This document shows positions 32,834-33,393 of a stretch of DNA of 33,393 nt, in pieces. The DNA comes from a virus. Taxonomy: Duplodnaviria; Caudoviricetes. The notes under the pieces are model-generated. The model saw only the letters and a program-made list of their open reading frames with translations. It was not told the origin of the DNA and searched no databases. The translations under genes were made by a program, and so were the position numbers. How positions within the stretch are numbered: the first letter of the stretch is position 1; every line of letters begins with the position of its first letter. The stretch spans positions 1-33,393 of IMG/VR virus record IMGVR_UViG_3300025639_000012; one strand, given 5' to 3'.

Positions 32834-33004
32834 ATGCTGGCAAAATTGCTGTCATTTCTTGACCAACTATGACCAATCATGACCAATATCGTGCCAACAT
32901 TTCCCCATGAACCCAGTAATATTGGTGGAGGCGGGGGGAATCGAACCCCCAGTTAGCTATTGATTTATAAGGGTTTTTCTAAGATGCTGGCATAATTGCT
33001 GTCA
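32834..33004. mobile_element. attP: Complete attP: arm sites, Xis-like repeats and tmRNA-derived core
   Basis: ATGCTGGCANAATTGCTGTCA at 32834-32854 and 32984-33004; TGACCAA at 32860, 32870 and 32880; core 32923-32950. Confidence 0.85.
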
Positions 33005-33111
33005 ACATTGATGTGATTCCGTGTTTGGGAATCGAATTGGTTGCCGGGAAGATGAGGTAATGAATCCCACCGTTTCGGCCGCTAAACCTATCCCGGCAGT
33101 TAATTGTACGC

Positions 33112-33216
33112 TCAGTAATAAAAAACGTGCATGACATTTTCTAAGTAAGCAGCAGCCAAGGCAGACATGACGGCTGCAATGGCCACATAAATGGTTAACT
33201 CAAGTATTATTTTCAT
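33112..33216 (-). CDS. 34-aa membrane peptide, second allele
   Basis: MKIILELTIYVAIAAVMSALAAAYLENVMHVFYY, 26/34 identical to 205-309. Confidence 0.8.
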   Translation of the reverse strand: MKIILELTIYVAIAAVMSALAAAYLENVMHVFYY

Positions 33217-33393
33217 CCCATCGAGCCTTTTCCTTGCGTACATCTAAGTGGACCCAGCCGGAATAGAGGCCAATGCCGTATTGGTCAGGGTATCTCAGGT
33301 TTAAGTGGTGATATATTTCTGCCGGGGTATTGCCTTTAACGACAATATCAGCAGCCTTTGAAATCACATGATAGCTATTTAAAGCGCCACCAA
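33200..33393 (-). CDS. Endolysin C-terminal part, second allele (cut by window end)
   Basis: ...YGIGLYSGWVHLDVRKEKARWDENNT* versus ...LYKGWVHLDVRKEKARWDESHS* in the left copy. Confidence 0.85.
   Translation of the reverse strand, partial: GGALNSYHVISKAADIVVKGNTPAEIYHHLNLRYPDQYGIGLYSGWVHLDVRKEKARWDENNT

Larger units (their letters stand above)
32908..33393. repeat. Right copy of imperfect 486-bp terminal direct repeat
   Basis: Matches 1-486; last 127 nt identical to 360-486. Confidence 0.97.

Overview
The window is an apparently complete ~32.9-kb temperate podovirus genome with no flanking host DNA. Positions 1-486 and 32908-33393 are two copies of the same locus. They are identical over the last 127 nt and the first 49 nt and diverge in between, which looks like an assembly circle carrying two alleles of the attP/lysis end. 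The minus strand carries cro, a lambda-O-like initiator with an iteron origin, a C5 DNA methyltransferase, RusA and TerS/TerL. It continues with a T7/BPP-1-like virion module (portal, scaffold, capsid, tail tubes A and B, four ejection proteins), a multi-gene tail-fibre cassette and lysis genes. The plus strand carries a peptidase-less CI repressor, ERF recombinase, an SSB-like protein, small early genes, excisionase and a tyrosine integrase. The attP core matches the 3' end of tmRNA (ssrA). Most notable: (i) a mini-gene after cI that resembles the repressor's own C-terminal domain and ends in a 33-C tract; (ii) a methyltransferase with a second, nested 306-codon frame supplying motif IX; (iii) an ejection protein with inserted ART-like and ParB-like domains; (iv) an unannotated 34-aa membrane peptide and a three-way-junction RNA between endolysin and attP, both supported by the allele differences; (v) structured RNA elements flanking the capsid gene and in the early operon. 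All product calls come from motif recognition and gene order by eye; no database search was run.
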